Positions 33,475-43,996 of a stretch of 64,000 nt of DNA are shown one piece after another. The stretch covers positions 26,918 through 90,917 of the forward strand of contig JAFGIV010000022.1 of the NCBI GenBank assembly GCA_016929435.1. The letters run 5' to 3'. Source of the DNA: Candidatus Uhrbacteria bacterium (lineage in GTDB: Bacteria > Patescibacteriota > Patescibacteriia > SG8-24). The notes beneath the pieces were generated by a model. It was not told the DNA's origin. It searched no databases and saw only the letters and a list, made by a program, of their open reading frames with translations. A program made the translations under genes and the position numbers. How positions within the stretch are numbered: the stretch's first letter is position 1; each line of letters starts with the position of its first letter.

Positions 33475-35925
33475 CTAACCCCTGACCGTTGCCCCGAACC
33501 GTTCGGACAGTTCGCCGGTGATGGCCGACATCTCCCGATCCACCTCCTCGGCGGTCAGGGTCCGGTCTTCCCGGGCAAACTCCAGATGCAGGGCCAGGCT
33601 CTTGTGTCCCGCCTCCACGCCCTTCCCCCGGTAGATGTCGAACGGCTCGATTTCCCGGAGCAGGCACCCGGATGCGCGGACGGCGGACTCGATATCGGCG
33701 TAGTCCACGGACTCCCTGACGGCAAAGGCCAGGTCGCGCCGGACCGCCGGAAAGGTCGGGGGCGGGACGTATTTCAGTCCGGTCCTCGGGACCCGGGACA
33801 GGATTCCCGTCAGGTCAACCTCCAGGGCCGTAACCGAACGGTCAATCCCGAATTTTTCCCGCACCGACGGATGGATTTCCCCGATCCGTCCCAGGACAAC
33901 ATCGCCGAAAACCACCGCAGCCGAACGGCCGGGATGCCAAGGGGAAGGAACATCGGCCTCCCGCCGCAGTTCCGGCATCCGAACGGACAGGCGGCCGCAC
34001 CAGGCCTCCAAAATTCCCCGCGCCTGACGAAAGGCAGTCTCCGGATCAGCGGCCCCGTAGGACAGGACCGACAGGTGACTCGGTTCCTCCGGCAGTTGGG
34101 CACCGGGTTGCCTGACATAGACCCGGCTGGCCTCGAACAGTTGGCCTTCCGGGAACAGGCCCTGATTCTCCGCAACTGCCTTCAGCATGCCCGGGATCAG
34201 GCTTGGGCGCATGAACTCAAAATCTCCGGACAGCGGATTGGCCAGGCGGAGGGCACGGTCCGGGTCGAACCCGGTCCGCTCAAGCAATTCCCGGCTGACG
34301 AACGAATAGTTTATCAGTTCGGTATAGCCGGCCCCGCGAAGCATCTGGCGGCTGGATTCCTCCATGGCCATGAGGGCATCCGGCGGATCAAGCGGCAATT
34401 CCCCGGAAGGGATGACTGACGGCAGGTTGTGGTATCCGTAGATGCGGGCGATCTCCTCGACAATGTCCCGCTCCCCCTCGATGTCCCGCTCCCGCCAATA
34501 CGGCACGGTAACCTCATACCGTGCCCTGACCCCAGAGCCGTGCGGGGCGGAAACCTGGAAACCGAGCGATTTCAGTATCCTGACCATCTGCGGTTTGGGA
34601 ATCCTGGTGCCGATCAGGCCCTCGGCCTTGACCGGACGAAAATTGTACTTGACCTTTTTTGCCGGGACAAGGCGATGGTCATGGACCGGACTGGCCACCC
34701 TCCCGCAGGCAACTTCCTGGCAGAGCTCCACGGCCCGGGCCAGGGCAACCATGGCCTGATCTTCGGGCAACCCCTTCTCGAACCGGAGGGAAGCGTCGGT
34801 ATGGGCGTTTATGCTCCGGGCCGTCCGCCGGACGGATACCGGATCAAAGGTGGCCGACTCGAAAACGACCGTCTTGGTGCCGTCGGTTACGGCTGACCCC
34901 ATCCCGCCGATGACCCCGGCCACGGCCACCGGCCGCTCGGCATCGGCGATCACCGGCATCGAGTCATCCAGGTCCGCCTCCCGGCCGTCGAGCATCGCGA
35001 TCCTCTCCCCTTTTCTGGCCCGCCGAACCCTGATCTCCGGCCCGGCCAGGCGGTCGTAGTCAAAGGCATGCATCGGCTGGCCGAGTTCCAGCATGACGTA
35101 GTTGGTGATGTCCACGACGTTGTTGATCGGTCGGATGCCGGCCAAACGCAGGCGATTCTTCATCCACCACGGCGACGGCCCGACACTGATGTCCTCCATG
35201 ACAACGGCCGTGTAGCGGGTGCAGTTTTTCCTGTCCTCCACCCTAACCGACAAGGGCTTTGGCTTGACGGATTTGGGCATTGGCAGGAGAACGGGTTCCT
35301 TCCAGGTGAACGGGCAGCCGAGGATGGCGGAGGCTTCCCTGGCCAGACCGACCGCGGAAAAGGCGTCCGGGCGGTTGGTCGTCACCTCAATGTCGAAAAC
35401 CGTATCGTCCAAACCCAGGGCCTTGGCCAGAGACGTGCCCGGTTTGGCCTTACACCAGCTCAAGTCCAATATCTCGTGTTCGGCATGGGGAAAGGCTTCG
35501 GCCAAACCGATTTCACCGGCCCCACAGACCATCCCCAGGCTCTCCACCCCCCGAATGCTGGCCGGCTGTAGCTCAATCAGGTCCCCCTGACCGTGCCAAC
35601 GGACCCTGGCGCCGACAAGCGCCACGGCCACCTTCATGCCGACCGCCAGGTTGGAGCCTCCGCACACCAGGGTCAGGCTGTCTTTCGGGCCGATCTCCAC
35701 GGCGGCCAAACGGAGCCTGTCGGCGTTCGGATGCGGCTTCACCCCAACGACCCTTCCGATCACCATCCGATCGAACATCGGCGCCTGCGGATAGGAACGC
35801 TCGACCGCCGGGCCGCACAGGGAAACCTTCCGGGCGAACTGCTCGGCCGAATCGCGGCCCTTCAGGTATTCCCTGATCCAATTGTATGAAACGAGAAGGT
35901 TCATAGTAGGGTGTTCGGAAATCAA
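33475..35925 (-). CDS. pheT: phenylalanine--tRNA ligase beta subunit
   Basis: 816 aa with tRNA-binding, B3/B4 and B5 domains; overlaps pheS by 4 nt. Confidence 0.9.
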   Translation of the reverse strand: MISEHPTMNLLVSYNWIREYLKGRDSAEQFARKVSLCGPAVERSYPQAPMFDRMVIGRVVGVKPHPNADRLRLAAVEIGPKDSLTLVCGGSNLAVGMKVAVALVGARVRWHGQGDLIELQPASIRGVESLGMVCGAGEIGLAEAFPHAEHEILDLSWCKAKPGTSLAKALGLDDTVFDIEVTTNRPDAFSAVGLAREASAILGCPFTWKEPVLLPMPKSVKPKPLSVRVEDRKNCTRYTAVVMEDISVGPSPWWMKNRLRLAGIRPINNVVDITNYVMLELGQPMHAFDYDRLAGPEIRVRRARKGERIAMLDGREADLDDSMPVIADAERPVAVAGVIGGMGSAVTDGTKTVVFESATFDPVSVRRTARSINAHTDASLRFEKGLPEDQAMVALARAVELCQEVACGRVASPVHDHRLVPAKKVKYNFRPVKAEGLIGTRIPKPQMVRILKSLGFQVSAPHGSGVRARYEVTVPYWRERDIEGERDIVEEIARIYGYHNLPSVIPSGELPLDPPDALMAMEESSRQMLRGAGYTELINYSFVSRELLERTGFDPDRALRLANPLSGDFEFMRPSLIPGMLKAVAENQGLFPEGQLFEASRVYVRQPGAQLPEEPSHLSVLSYGAADPETAFRQARGILEAWCGRLSVRMPELRREADVPSPWHPGRSAAVVFGDVVLGRIGEIHPSVREKFGIDRSVTALEVDLTGILSRVPRTGLKYVPPPTFPAVRRDLAFAVRESVDYADIESAVRASGCLLREIEPFDIYRGKGVEAGHKSLALHLEFAREDRTLTAEEVDREMSAITGELSERFGATVRG

Positions 35926-36980
35926 AACTGCTCAAGAAACCGGCGGTCATTGCGGTAGATGTCGCGGATGTCGGGGATGTTCAGGCCGGAACGCATCATC
36001 ATGGTCCGTTCCACTCCCCATCCGAAGGCAAACCCGCCCCACTCTTCCGGATCCAGGCCGCCGGACCTGAAAACGTTAGGGTGGACCATGCCGGCGCCCC
36101 CCAACTCCAGCCAGCCGTCCTTGCACAGGCGGCATTTTCCGTCCCCCAACCTTCCGGTTCCGCCACAGACCCCGCAGGAAACGTCGACCTCAAACGACGG
36201 TTCGGTGAACCTGAAATGGAAGGGGCGGAGGCGGGTCTTCCTGCCTGCCCCGAAAAAGGTCCTGGCAAAATGATCCAAAACGCCTTTCAGGTGCGTGACG
36301 GATACGCCCCTGTCGACCATCAGCCCCTCGAACTGGTGGAACATCGGGACATGGGAGACGTCCATCTGACGGCGGTAGCATTTGGAGATGCCGATCATCC
36401 GAATCGGCGGTTTCCGGCGCTGCATTTCCCTCACCTGGCCGGAGGAGGTGTGCGGGGTCAGGACCATCTTTCCCAGCTTGGGGTGATTGGGGGCATCGAC
36501 GAAAAAGGTCTCCCACTCGTCCCGGGCCGGGTGGTCAGACGGCATGTTCAGGGACTCAAAGGCATACCAGTCCCATTCCACCTCCGGCTGAACGGAACGG
36601 TGGAATCCGATCCGCCCGAAAATCGACCCTATCTCGGCGATCGCCTGGCTGACCAGGTGCAGGTGACCGGTCGCCGGCTTGATTCCCGGCAGGCTGACGT
36701 CAATCCGTTCGGTTTCCGACAGGCCGGAGAGGGAAACCGAGGACAGCTCCCGACGGCGGTTCGCCAGGGCCGCAGCCAACTCGTCCCTTATCCCGTTGGC
36801 CTGCTGTCCGACCGTCTTCCGGTCTTCGGACGACAGGTTGCCCAAGCCTTTCAGCAAAAGATTGAACCGGCTCTTGCGCCCCAAAAACCCGGTTTCCCAA
36901 ACCCCCAATGACGGCAGGTCGCCTATCTTGCCCAAGGCCGACAATGCCTCCTCCCTTAACGATTCGAGCCTGTCTTTCAT
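35922..36980 (-). CDS. pheS: phenylalanine--tRNA ligase alpha subunit
   Basis: Class II aaRS motifs (FRPSYFPFTEPS-like: FHFRFTEPSFEVD, GAGMVHPNV). Confidence 0.9.
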   Translation of the reverse strand: MKDRLESLREEALSALGKIGDLPSLGVWETGFLGRKSRFNLLLKGLGNLSSEDRKTVGQQANGIRDELAAALANRRRELSSVSLSGLSETERIDVSLPGIKPATGHLHLVSQAIAEIGSIFGRIGFHRSVQPEVEWDWYAFESLNMPSDHPARDEWETFFVDAPNHPKLGKMVLTPHTSSGQVREMQRRKPPIRMIGISKCYRRQMDVSHVPMFHQFEGLMVDRGVSVTHLKGVLDHFARTFFGAGRKTRLRPFHFRFTEPSFEVDVSCGVCGGTGRLGDGKCRLCKDGWLELGGAGMVHPNVFRSGGLDPEEWGGFAFGWGVERTMMMRSGLNIPDIRDIYRNDRRFLEQF

Positions 36981-37017
36981 AATCGATGGTCAATACCGAT
37001 AACCGTCCGAACGGACC

Positions 37018-38115
37018 TCAACCCCCGAACACCTGACCGATCCGATCGCCCAAGTGAACGATGTCGCCGTAGGTAACCAGCAGGATAAGGATCATCAGGA
37101 TGGCAAAACCGACATTGTGAACCATGGCCTCGACCTTCGGGCTTACGGCCCGCCGCCGCACCGTTTCGATCGCCAGGAAAAGAAGGCGTCCGCCGTCCAG
37201 GGCCGGAAAGGGCAGGATGTTTATTACCGCCAGGTTGACCGACAGCAGGGCCGCAAACTGAAGCAGGTACAGGAACCCCATCTGGGCAACCTCGGCCGTA
37301 ATGACGGCGATGCCGATCGGACCGGATAATTCCACCCCAACCGGCTGTCCAAGGGCCAGGTTACGGATAACGCCACCGAAGGCGGAAAGGATTTCCTGGA
37401 AAAAATAGCCCACCGTACCGGCCGCCTGGATCGGCGCCAGCCAAACCGGATAGGAAACGATGCCGGTCTGGATTATGGCCACCCCGAATCCGGCCCGTTC
37501 CGTTTCGGGAACCAGCTGCGGCACCAGGTTGGCCGCCACCGTTTCCTGATCCCGGCCGTAGGTCACGGCGATCTCCTGTCCCTCCCGCTGACCGGTATAT
37601 TCCCTGAACCACTCAACGCTTTCCGGTTTCCGTCCGTCCAGGGAAAGGATGACGTCACCGGCCTGGAGCCCGACGGATTCGGCCGCCGAACCCGGTAGAA
37701 CTGACATCACCTGGATGTTGTCCTGGCTGATGCTGGCGTATGCCGGCAGGTCATCAACCGCCGCCGGCAACCCGACCGCATATCCGACGGTCAGGAGCGC
37801 CCAGGCCAGGACCAGGTTCATGAAAACCCCGGCACAGAGGACGGCTGCCCTCTGCCAGGGCCTCTTGCCCGCGAACCCGCGGGGATCGTCCGGTTCCGAA
37901 CCGTTCTCCCCCCTGATCCTGACAAAACCCCCAAGCGGAATCCAGTTGACGGAATAGGTGGTCTCCCCCCTCTTGATCCCGAAGATTCGCGGCGGAAACC
38001 CGAAACCGAACTCCTCCACCCCGATCCCAAACAGCTTGGCCACCGCAAAATGCCCCAACTCATGGACAAGGATCAGGACGGACAGGACGATGGCCAAAAT
38101 CAAAACGGTATTCAT
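37018..38115 (-). CDS. rseP: site-2 protease RseP (M50 zinc metalloprotease with PDZ)
   Basis: HELGHF in TM1 and a PDZ domain. Confidence 0.8.
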   Translation of the reverse strand: MNTVLILAIVLSVLILVHELGHFAVAKLFGIGVEEFGFGFPPRIFGIKRGETTYSVNWIPLGGFVRIRGENGSEPDDPRGFAGKRPWQRAAVLCAGVFMNLVLAWALLTVGYAVGLPAAVDDLPAYASISQDNIQVMSVLPGSAAESVGLQAGDVILSLDGRKPESVEWFREYTGQREGQEIAVTYGRDQETVAANLVPQLVPETERAGFGVAIIQTGIVSYPVWLAPIQAAGTVGYFFQEILSAFGGVIRNLALGQPVGVELSGPIGIAVITAEVAQMGFLYLLQFAALLSVNLAVINILPFPALDGGRLLFLAIETVRRRAVSPKVEAMVHNVGFAILMILILLVTYGDIVHLGDRIGQVFGG

Positions 38116-38960
38116 CTGATTTTTTCGCTATCCAAATTAACCAAACCAAGGGGGATCGGGCGCTTCAGCCAGGCCGAAGCCAGACGGGAAAACTGTCCGG
38201 TCCGGTCACTGACGTAAAAAAGGTGGCGATGGCGTTTGGACAGGGACCGTTCCAGGCCCGAGTCATTGGCCAGAACCCGTTTCAGGGCCAAGACCGCCTC
38301 CCGGGCCGGATCGATCAGCCTGACCTCCGTGCCGACCGCCTTTCTTATGGCGGAACGGAGAAACGGATAGTGGGTGCAGCCCAAAATCAAAACGTCCACC
38401 TTAGGCCATTTTAGCGGTGTCAGGTATCTCTTGGCAACCATGGCGGTTTCCGGACGGTTCAGCCACCCCTCTTCCGCCATCGGGACGAAAAGCGGACAGG
38501 CCCTGCTTTTGACCCGAATTTCCCCTGACGACCGTTCGGACAGCTTACGGCCATAAATGCCGCTCATCACCGTTGCCCTGGTTCCGATTACCCCGATTTT
38601 TGGGATTGCCCTTTTTGGGGATCCCGCCGCCCCTTTCGGGGAAAGTCTGGAGACGGAAACTATCGCCGCCTCGACAGCCGGCGTGACCACCTCGATCACC
38701 GGCACGCTAACGTGCCTCCTCAATTCGTCGATCGCCACCGCCGAAACCGTATTGCATGCCACGACGATCATCTTGGCTCCCCGGGACAGCAGGAAATCGG
38801 CGTCCTCCAGGGCAAAACGACGCACTGCCTCCGGGCTCTTGTTGCCGTAGGGGGTGCGGGCCGTGTCTCCAAAATAGATTGTGTCATATCCCGGCAACTG
38901 ACGGAAAATTTCCCTGACCACCGTCAACCCGCCGATTCCGGAATCGAAAATGCCGATCAT
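38112..38960 (-). CDS. murI: glutamate racemase
   Basis: MIGIFDSGIGGLTVVREI... plus the conserved Cys-containing motifs (VVACNT, LGCTHYP). Confidence 0.85.
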   Translation of the reverse strand: MIGIFDSGIGGLTVVREIFRQLPGYDTIYFGDTARTPYGNKSPEAVRRFALEDADFLLSRGAKMIVVACNTVSAVAIDELRRHVSVPVIEVVTPAVEAAIVSVSRLSPKGAAGSPKRAIPKIGVIGTRATVMSGIYGRKLSERSSGEIRVKSRACPLFVPMAEEGWLNRPETAMVAKRYLTPLKWPKVDVLILGCTHYPFLRSAIRKAVGTEVRLIDPAREAVLALKRVLANDSGLERSLSKRHRHLFYVSDRTGQFSRLASAWLKRPIPLGLVNLDSEKIR

Positions 38961-39096
38961 ACCCCCTGATTCTACCGGAAAATGCGGCCAACGGGCAATT
39001 TTGCGACGATTTCCCCAATACCTTGACCAAAAAATCCTTTTTGTTAGGATTCAGGGCGGATGGTACGTTAAAAAAACGAACGAAAGGAAAGAAAAG

Positions 39097-40737
39097 ATGC
39101 CAAAAAAACGTCACCAAGACCCCCTCCATCTTCAGGACGATAACGTTGACTACCGGTTGGTCCGAAAGGCGGACGACAAACTGGTCTGCCTATCCGAATT
39201 CGAAGGGCAGACCGTGCTTAAGGTTTCCGATAGGGCCCTGCGTCTCTTGGCCAGATTATGCCTAAGGGAAATCAATTTCCGCATGAGGCCGGGCCATAAC
39301 GAAGCGGTTGCGGCCATCCTGGCCGATCCGAAGGCCTCCGAAAACGACCGCGCCGTTGCCGAAACCCTGCTCCGAAACGCCCAAATCGCCTCTGACGGCA
39401 TGCTGCCGATCTGCCAGGATACGGGTACGGCCATCGTCATCGGCCATAAGGGACGGCTCATCTGGACCGAAGGGAATGATGCGGATGAGATCGCTGCCGG
39501 CATCCGGGAAACATACCGGCGAAACAGCCTAAGATACAGCCAAATCGCACCTCTCGAGATATTCAGGGAGAAAAACACCGGTGACAACCTGCCGGCACAG
39601 ATCGACCTGTTCGTCGGCGGAAAGGAACATGGGGAGGAATACCGTTTCCTGTTCATGGCCAAGGGTGGCGGTTCGGCGAACAAGACCCAACTGTTCCAGG
39701 AAACCCCGGCCATCCTCAACCCGAAATCCCTGAAGGATTTCCTGTCCGAAAAAATCCGGGCCCTGGGAGTATCCGCCTGTCCGCCCTACCACATTGCCGT
39801 GGTGATCGGCGGAACCTCGGCCGAATCGGTGATGAGGGCCGTAAAGTTGGCTTCCGCCAGGTGTCTCGATGGCCTGCCGTCCGAAGGCAATGCCGAAGGC
39901 CAGGCTTTCCGAGATTATAATCTGGAGGCGGAACTTCTGGAAATTGCGAACCAATCCGGTTTCGGCGCCCAGTTCGGCGGCCGTCATTTTGCCCTCGATG
40001 TCCGGGTAATCCGGATGTCCAGGCACGGGGCCTCCTGCCCGATCGGTCTGGGGGTCGGCTGTTCCGCTGACCGGCAGGCCTTCGCCAAGATTGACCGGCA
40101 CGGCCTCTGGATGGAACGGCTGGACAGCAGTCCGGGCCGACTCCTGCCGAAGGACACGGATACCCCCCGCCGTTCCCGTGACCCGATTCCGTCCATTGAC
40201 CTGAACCGTCCGATGGACGAGATCCGGTCCGAACTGTCGAAATTTGAAGTCGGGACATTGCTGCACCTGAACGGCACGATTCTGGTGGCGCGGGATCTGG
40301 CCCACGCCAGATTTGCGAAACTGCTGTCCGAAGGGAAGCCGTTACCCGAATATCTGACGGGACATCCGATCTTCTACGCCGGTCCGGCCAAGACACCTTC
40401 CGGAAAGCCGTCCGGATCGTTCGGACCTACCACGGCCGGCCGGATGGACGGTTATGTCGATACACTGCAGTCGCACGGCGCCAGCCTGGTCATGATCGCC
40501 AAGGGCAACCGCTCCCCGCAGGTGACTGAAGCCTGCCGGAAACACGGCGGTTTCTATCTCGGCTCGATCGGCGGGGCGGCCGCCGTACTGGCCAAGGAAA
40601 ACATCGTATCCGTCCAATGCCTGGACTACCCCGAATTGGGGATGGAAGCCGTCTGGATGATGGAAGTCAGGGACTTCCCGGCCTTCCTCCTGACGGACGA
40701 CAAGGGGAACGACTTCTACCGGGACATCCCGAGCTGA
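39097..40737 (+). CDS. class I (Fe-S) fumarate hydratase, fused alpha/beta form
   Basis: N-terminal catalytic domain with PICQDTGTA and a C-terminal beta domain. Start set at MPKKRH with a purine-rich RBS; the ORF-track start at 38950 is an over-extension. Confidence 0.75.
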   Translation: MPKKRHQDPLHLQDDNVDYRLVRKADDKLVCLSEFEGQTVLKVSDRALRLLARLCLREINFRMRPGHNEAVAAILADPKASENDRAVAETLLRNAQIASDGMLPICQDTGTAIVIGHKGRLIWTEGNDADEIAAGIRETYRRNSLRYSQIAPLEIFREKNTGDNLPAQIDLFVGGKEHGEEYRFLFMAKGGGSANKTQLFQETPAILNPKSLKDFLSEKIRALGVSACPPYHIAVVIGGTSAESVMRAVKLASARCLDGLPSEGNAEGQAFRDYNLEAELLEIANQSGFGAQFGGRHFALDVRVIRMSRHGASCPIGLGVGCSADRQAFAKIDRHGLWMERLDSSPGRLLPKDTDTPRRSRDPIPSIDLNRPMDEIRSELSKFEVGTLLHLNGTILVARDLAHARFAKLLSEGKPLPEYLTGHPIFYAGPAKTPSGKPSGSFGPTTAGRMDGYVDTLQSHGASLVMIAKGNRSPQVTEACRKHGGFYLGSIGGAAAVLAKENIVSVQCLDYPELGMEAVWMMEVRDFPAFLLTDDKGNDFYRDIPS

Positions 40738-40854
40738 ATCCCAAAAAACAAAAAAATATTGCCCTTTCTCCGCTAAATTATTCACGACCCGGAAACCGCC
40801 GGACCCCCTTGCGATCACGCAACGGGGGTCCGTTTTCATTTCACCGGAAAAAAC

Positions 40855-42234
40855 CTATACCGCCTCCGCCGGGCCGACCTCCCGGATGGCGGCGATCAGC
40901 TCGGCCCTCCTGTCCAGCATCATCCCTTCGGTCGGGCATTCCAGGTTGAGGCGAAGCAGGGGTTCGGTGTTCGATGCCCGGACGCTGAAGAACCACGGGG
41001 CATCCGAACCGTCGAAATCGACCCGCAGGCCGTCGATCTTCGTGACCCGGTTGCCGGAGCCGTATTTTTCCTCAATGCGCCCCATCACGGCCCGAGCGTC
41101 ACTGACCCGGAAATTAAGCTCCCCGGAATGGGAATAGCGCATCAGCGGGGCGACCAGCTCGGAAAGCGGCCGACCGGTCTCGGACATCATGTCCAGGACC
41201 AGGAGCGTCACCAGGTCCGTCGCCTCGACATGGGACAGGTCCCGAAAATAGAAATGCAGGGAAAGCTCCCCCCCAAGCAGGGCGTCGTCCCGTCTCATCA
41301 GCGGCTTGATCAGGCCGTGTCCGACCGGCCCCATCCTGGAGACGCCGCCGGCCTTTTTTACCTCATCAGCCACCACCCGCGAGCAGCGGACATCGTAATA
41401 GACGATGCCGCCGGGATTGCCCTTCAGGAGCCGGGGGGCGATCAGGGCCAGGATTATGTCCCCCCGAACCGTCTGTCCCCTCTCGTCCACCAACCCGAAC
41501 CGGTCCGCATCGCCGTCAAAGGCAATGCCCAGGTCGGCCTTCTTCTCCAGAACCAATCCCTTCAGGTCATCCAAGGTCTCGTCTTTCAGGGGATTGGCCT
41601 CGTGGTTCGGGAAATTGCCGTCAGGGTCATCGTAGAGGACATCGGCGTTGACCGTCGGAAGGCGCTTGAGGAAATCGTGGATCAGGATGCCCTCCATGCC
41701 GTTGCCGCAATCCACGGCCATCCGGAAATCACGGAATCGAGAGACGTCAACCAGGCTGAATATGCGGTCCAGGTAGGCTGACTTGACGTCGGTTTCCACG
41801 ACCCGTCCGGCCGCCTTCTCCGGATACGGGCCGGCCAGGGCGATTTCCCTGACCTTGTCCATTCCGGTATTGCCGCCGATCGGCTGCACGTCCCCGTGAC
41901 AGAGCTTGAAACCGTTATATTCCCCGGGATTGTGGGAAGCGGTGATCATCACCCCGGCATCGTGCAGGTCATGGTCCCCGACCGCAAAATAGAGCATGGG
42001 GGTGGTCGCAAGCCCGATGTCAATGACATCAGCCCCCTGTCCGACTGCACCGCGGGAAAAAGCCGAAAAAAACCCGGGGGAGGTCAGGCGCATGTCCCGA
42101 CCGACGACAATCGTCCTGGCGCCGGTATGGCGGGCCATCGCCTGTCCGATCAGGAATGCCCCCTCCTCATCGATCTGTTCCGGAACCACCCCGCGGATGT
42201 CATAGGCCTTAAAAACTTTTGGGTCTAAAGTCAT
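40855..42234 (-). CDS. phosphomannomutase/phosphoglucomutase family enzyme
   Basis: Active-site TASHNPGEYNGFK and Mg site FDGDADR. Confidence 0.8.
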   Translation of the reverse strand: MTLDPKVFKAYDIRGVVPEQIDEEGAFLIGQAMARHTGARTIVVGRDMRLTSPGFFSAFSRGAVGQGADVIDIGLATTPMLYFAVGDHDLHDAGVMITASHNPGEYNGFKLCHGDVQPIGGNTGMDKVREIALAGPYPEKAAGRVVETDVKSAYLDRIFSLVDVSRFRDFRMAVDCGNGMEGILIHDFLKRLPTVNADVLYDDPDGNFPNHEANPLKDETLDDLKGLVLEKKADLGIAFDGDADRFGLVDERGQTVRGDIILALIAPRLLKGNPGGIVYYDVRCSRVVADEVKKAGGVSRMGPVGHGLIKPLMRRDDALLGGELSLHFYFRDLSHVEATDLVTLLVLDMMSETGRPLSELVAPLMRYSHSGELNFRVSDARAVMGRIEEKYGSGNRVTKIDGLRVDFDGSDAPWFFSVRASNTEPLLRLNLECPTEGMMLDRRAELIAAIREVGPAEAV

Positions 42235-42482
42235 GGTCGTTGTTCCTAATTTTTCTTAGCGTATCGTGCCTACCCTATTGGAAGTGTTACATCAGCGGGG
42301 CCTTTGTGGCAACCCGTTCCGCAACCGCCTGCCGTTCCCGCACCCCAACACGCCAAAACAAGACCGTGCGGTATTCGGCGGTGTGGACAAAGGTTTTGAT
42401 ACTTCGCCATAGACAATGTAAGATTAGGTGTGGGTAAACATAATTTTTAGGCAGACCGGCGGACTTCCGCCGCAACAAGACT

Positions 42483-43046
42483 ATGCCGACAACGACAATC
42501 GTTCTGGTCGCCATCCTGGCACTGGCCATCATGGCCGCAATCTGGGTAATCGTCACCTATAACGGGCTGGTTACCCTGCGTAACCGGACCGACGAGGCCT
42601 GGTCGGACATTGATGTCCAGCTCAAGCGGCGCCATGACCTCATCCCCAACCTGGTGGAAACGGTCAAGGGATACGCCCGACACGAGAGCGAAACCTTCGA
42701 AAAGGTCATCCGGGCCCGATCGTCGGCCATGGGTGCCCAGGGGACCGAGGCCAAGGCCCAGGCCGAAAGTGCCCTTAGCCAGACCCTGAAATCGATTTTT
42801 GCCCTGGCCGAGAACTATCCGGACCTCAAGGCCTCCCAGAATTTCCTCCAGATGCAGGATGACCTGAAGGACACGGAGGACAAGATACAGGCCGCCCGCC
42901 GCTTCTACAACGCCAATGTCCGGGACTTCAACACCCGCATCCAGGTCTTCCCGAACAGCCTGATCGCCGCCCAGCTGAAGTTCAGCAAATACGATTTCTT
43001 CGAGATCGCCGGCCCCGAACGGGAAAACATCCAGGTGAAATTTTAA
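42483..43046 (+). CDS. lemA: LemA family protein
   Basis: N-terminal TM then LemA domain (VTLRNRTDEAWSDIDVQLKRRHDLIPNLVE...). Confidence 0.75.
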   Translation: MPTTTIVLVAILALAIMAAIWVIVTYNGLVTLRNRTDEAWSDIDVQLKRRHDLIPNLVETVKGYARHESETFEKVIRARSSAMGAQGTEAKAQAESALSQTLKSIFALAENYPDLKASQNFLQMQDDLKDTEDKIQAARRFYNANVRDFNTRIQVFPNSLIAAQLKFSKYDFFEIAGPERENIQVKF

Positions 43047-43078
43047 GCTAAAAGATAAGAGCTTAAAGCTTAAGGTTA

Positions 43079-43963
43079 ATGACGACCTACGATTTCATCG
43101 AGTCCAACAAGCGCAAATCGACCCTACTGATGGTCGTCTTTTTCGCGTTCGTGATGGGAATCGGATACCTTTTCGACCGCCATTACGGGTTGGGCGGGAT
43201 GGCCTTGGCTGCGGCGGCCGCCTATTCCTCGGTTTCCGCCCTGGTCGGGTTCTATACCGGGGACCGGGTGGCCCTGGCGATGAGCGGGGCCAAGCCGATC
43301 CGGGAGACGGACAACCCCTACCTGTACAGGATGGTGGAAAATCTCTGCATCGCCACCGGCACCCCCATGCCGAAAGTGCATGTCATCGATGACCCGGCCA
43401 TAAACGCCTTTGCCGCCGGACGCAACCCGGAACACGCCTCGATCGCCGTCACCACCGGAGCCCTGCGGAAACTGGAAAACGAGGAGCTGGAAGGCGTCCT
43501 GGCCCATGAGATGTCCCATATCCGCAACTACGACATCCGCCTGATGACCCTGGTCATCGTCCTGGTCGGAACCGTCTCCATACTGGCCGACATCTTCCTG
43601 CGATCCACCCTGTTCGGCAGGAGACGCGACAGCCAGGACGGCGGCGGAAACGGCCTTCTGGCGATAGTCGGGATTGTCATGGTCGTCCTTTCCCCGATCG
43701 TCGCCCAGCTGGTCAAGCTGGCCGTATCCCGCCGCCGCGAGTTCCTGGCCGACTCGTCCGCCGCCCTGATCACCAGGTTCCCGGAAGGGCTGGCCCGCGC
43801 CCTGGCGAAAATCAGGGACGACAACACCCCGATGCGCCGGGCCTCCGGGGCTACGGCCCACCTGTTCATCTCCAATCCCCTCCGCGGGAACGCCCTGTCC
43901 AGGATGTTCTCCACCCACCCGCCGATAGAGGACCGGATCGCTGCCCTGAAAAGGATGGGGTAA
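43079..43963 (+). CDS. htpX: zinc metalloprotease HtpX (M48)
   Basis: HEMSHIRNYD zinc motif; the lemA-htpX pairing is common. Confidence 0.8.
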   Translation: MTTYDFIESNKRKSTLLMVVFFAFVMGIGYLFDRHYGLGGMALAAAAAYSSVSALVGFYTGDRVALAMSGAKPIRETDNPYLYRMVENLCIATGTPMPKVHVIDDPAINAFAAGRNPEHASIAVTTGALRKLENEELEGVLAHEMSHIRNYDIRLMTLVIVLVGTVSILADIFLRSTLFGRRRDSQDGGGNGLLAIVGIVMVVLSPIVAQLVKLAVSRRREFLADSSAALITRFPEGLARALAKIRDDNTPMRRASGATAHLFISNPLRGNALSRMFSTHPPIEDRIAALKRMG

Positions 43964-43996
43964 CCAGTGCCGTTTCCGAAAAAAACACTAAAGACT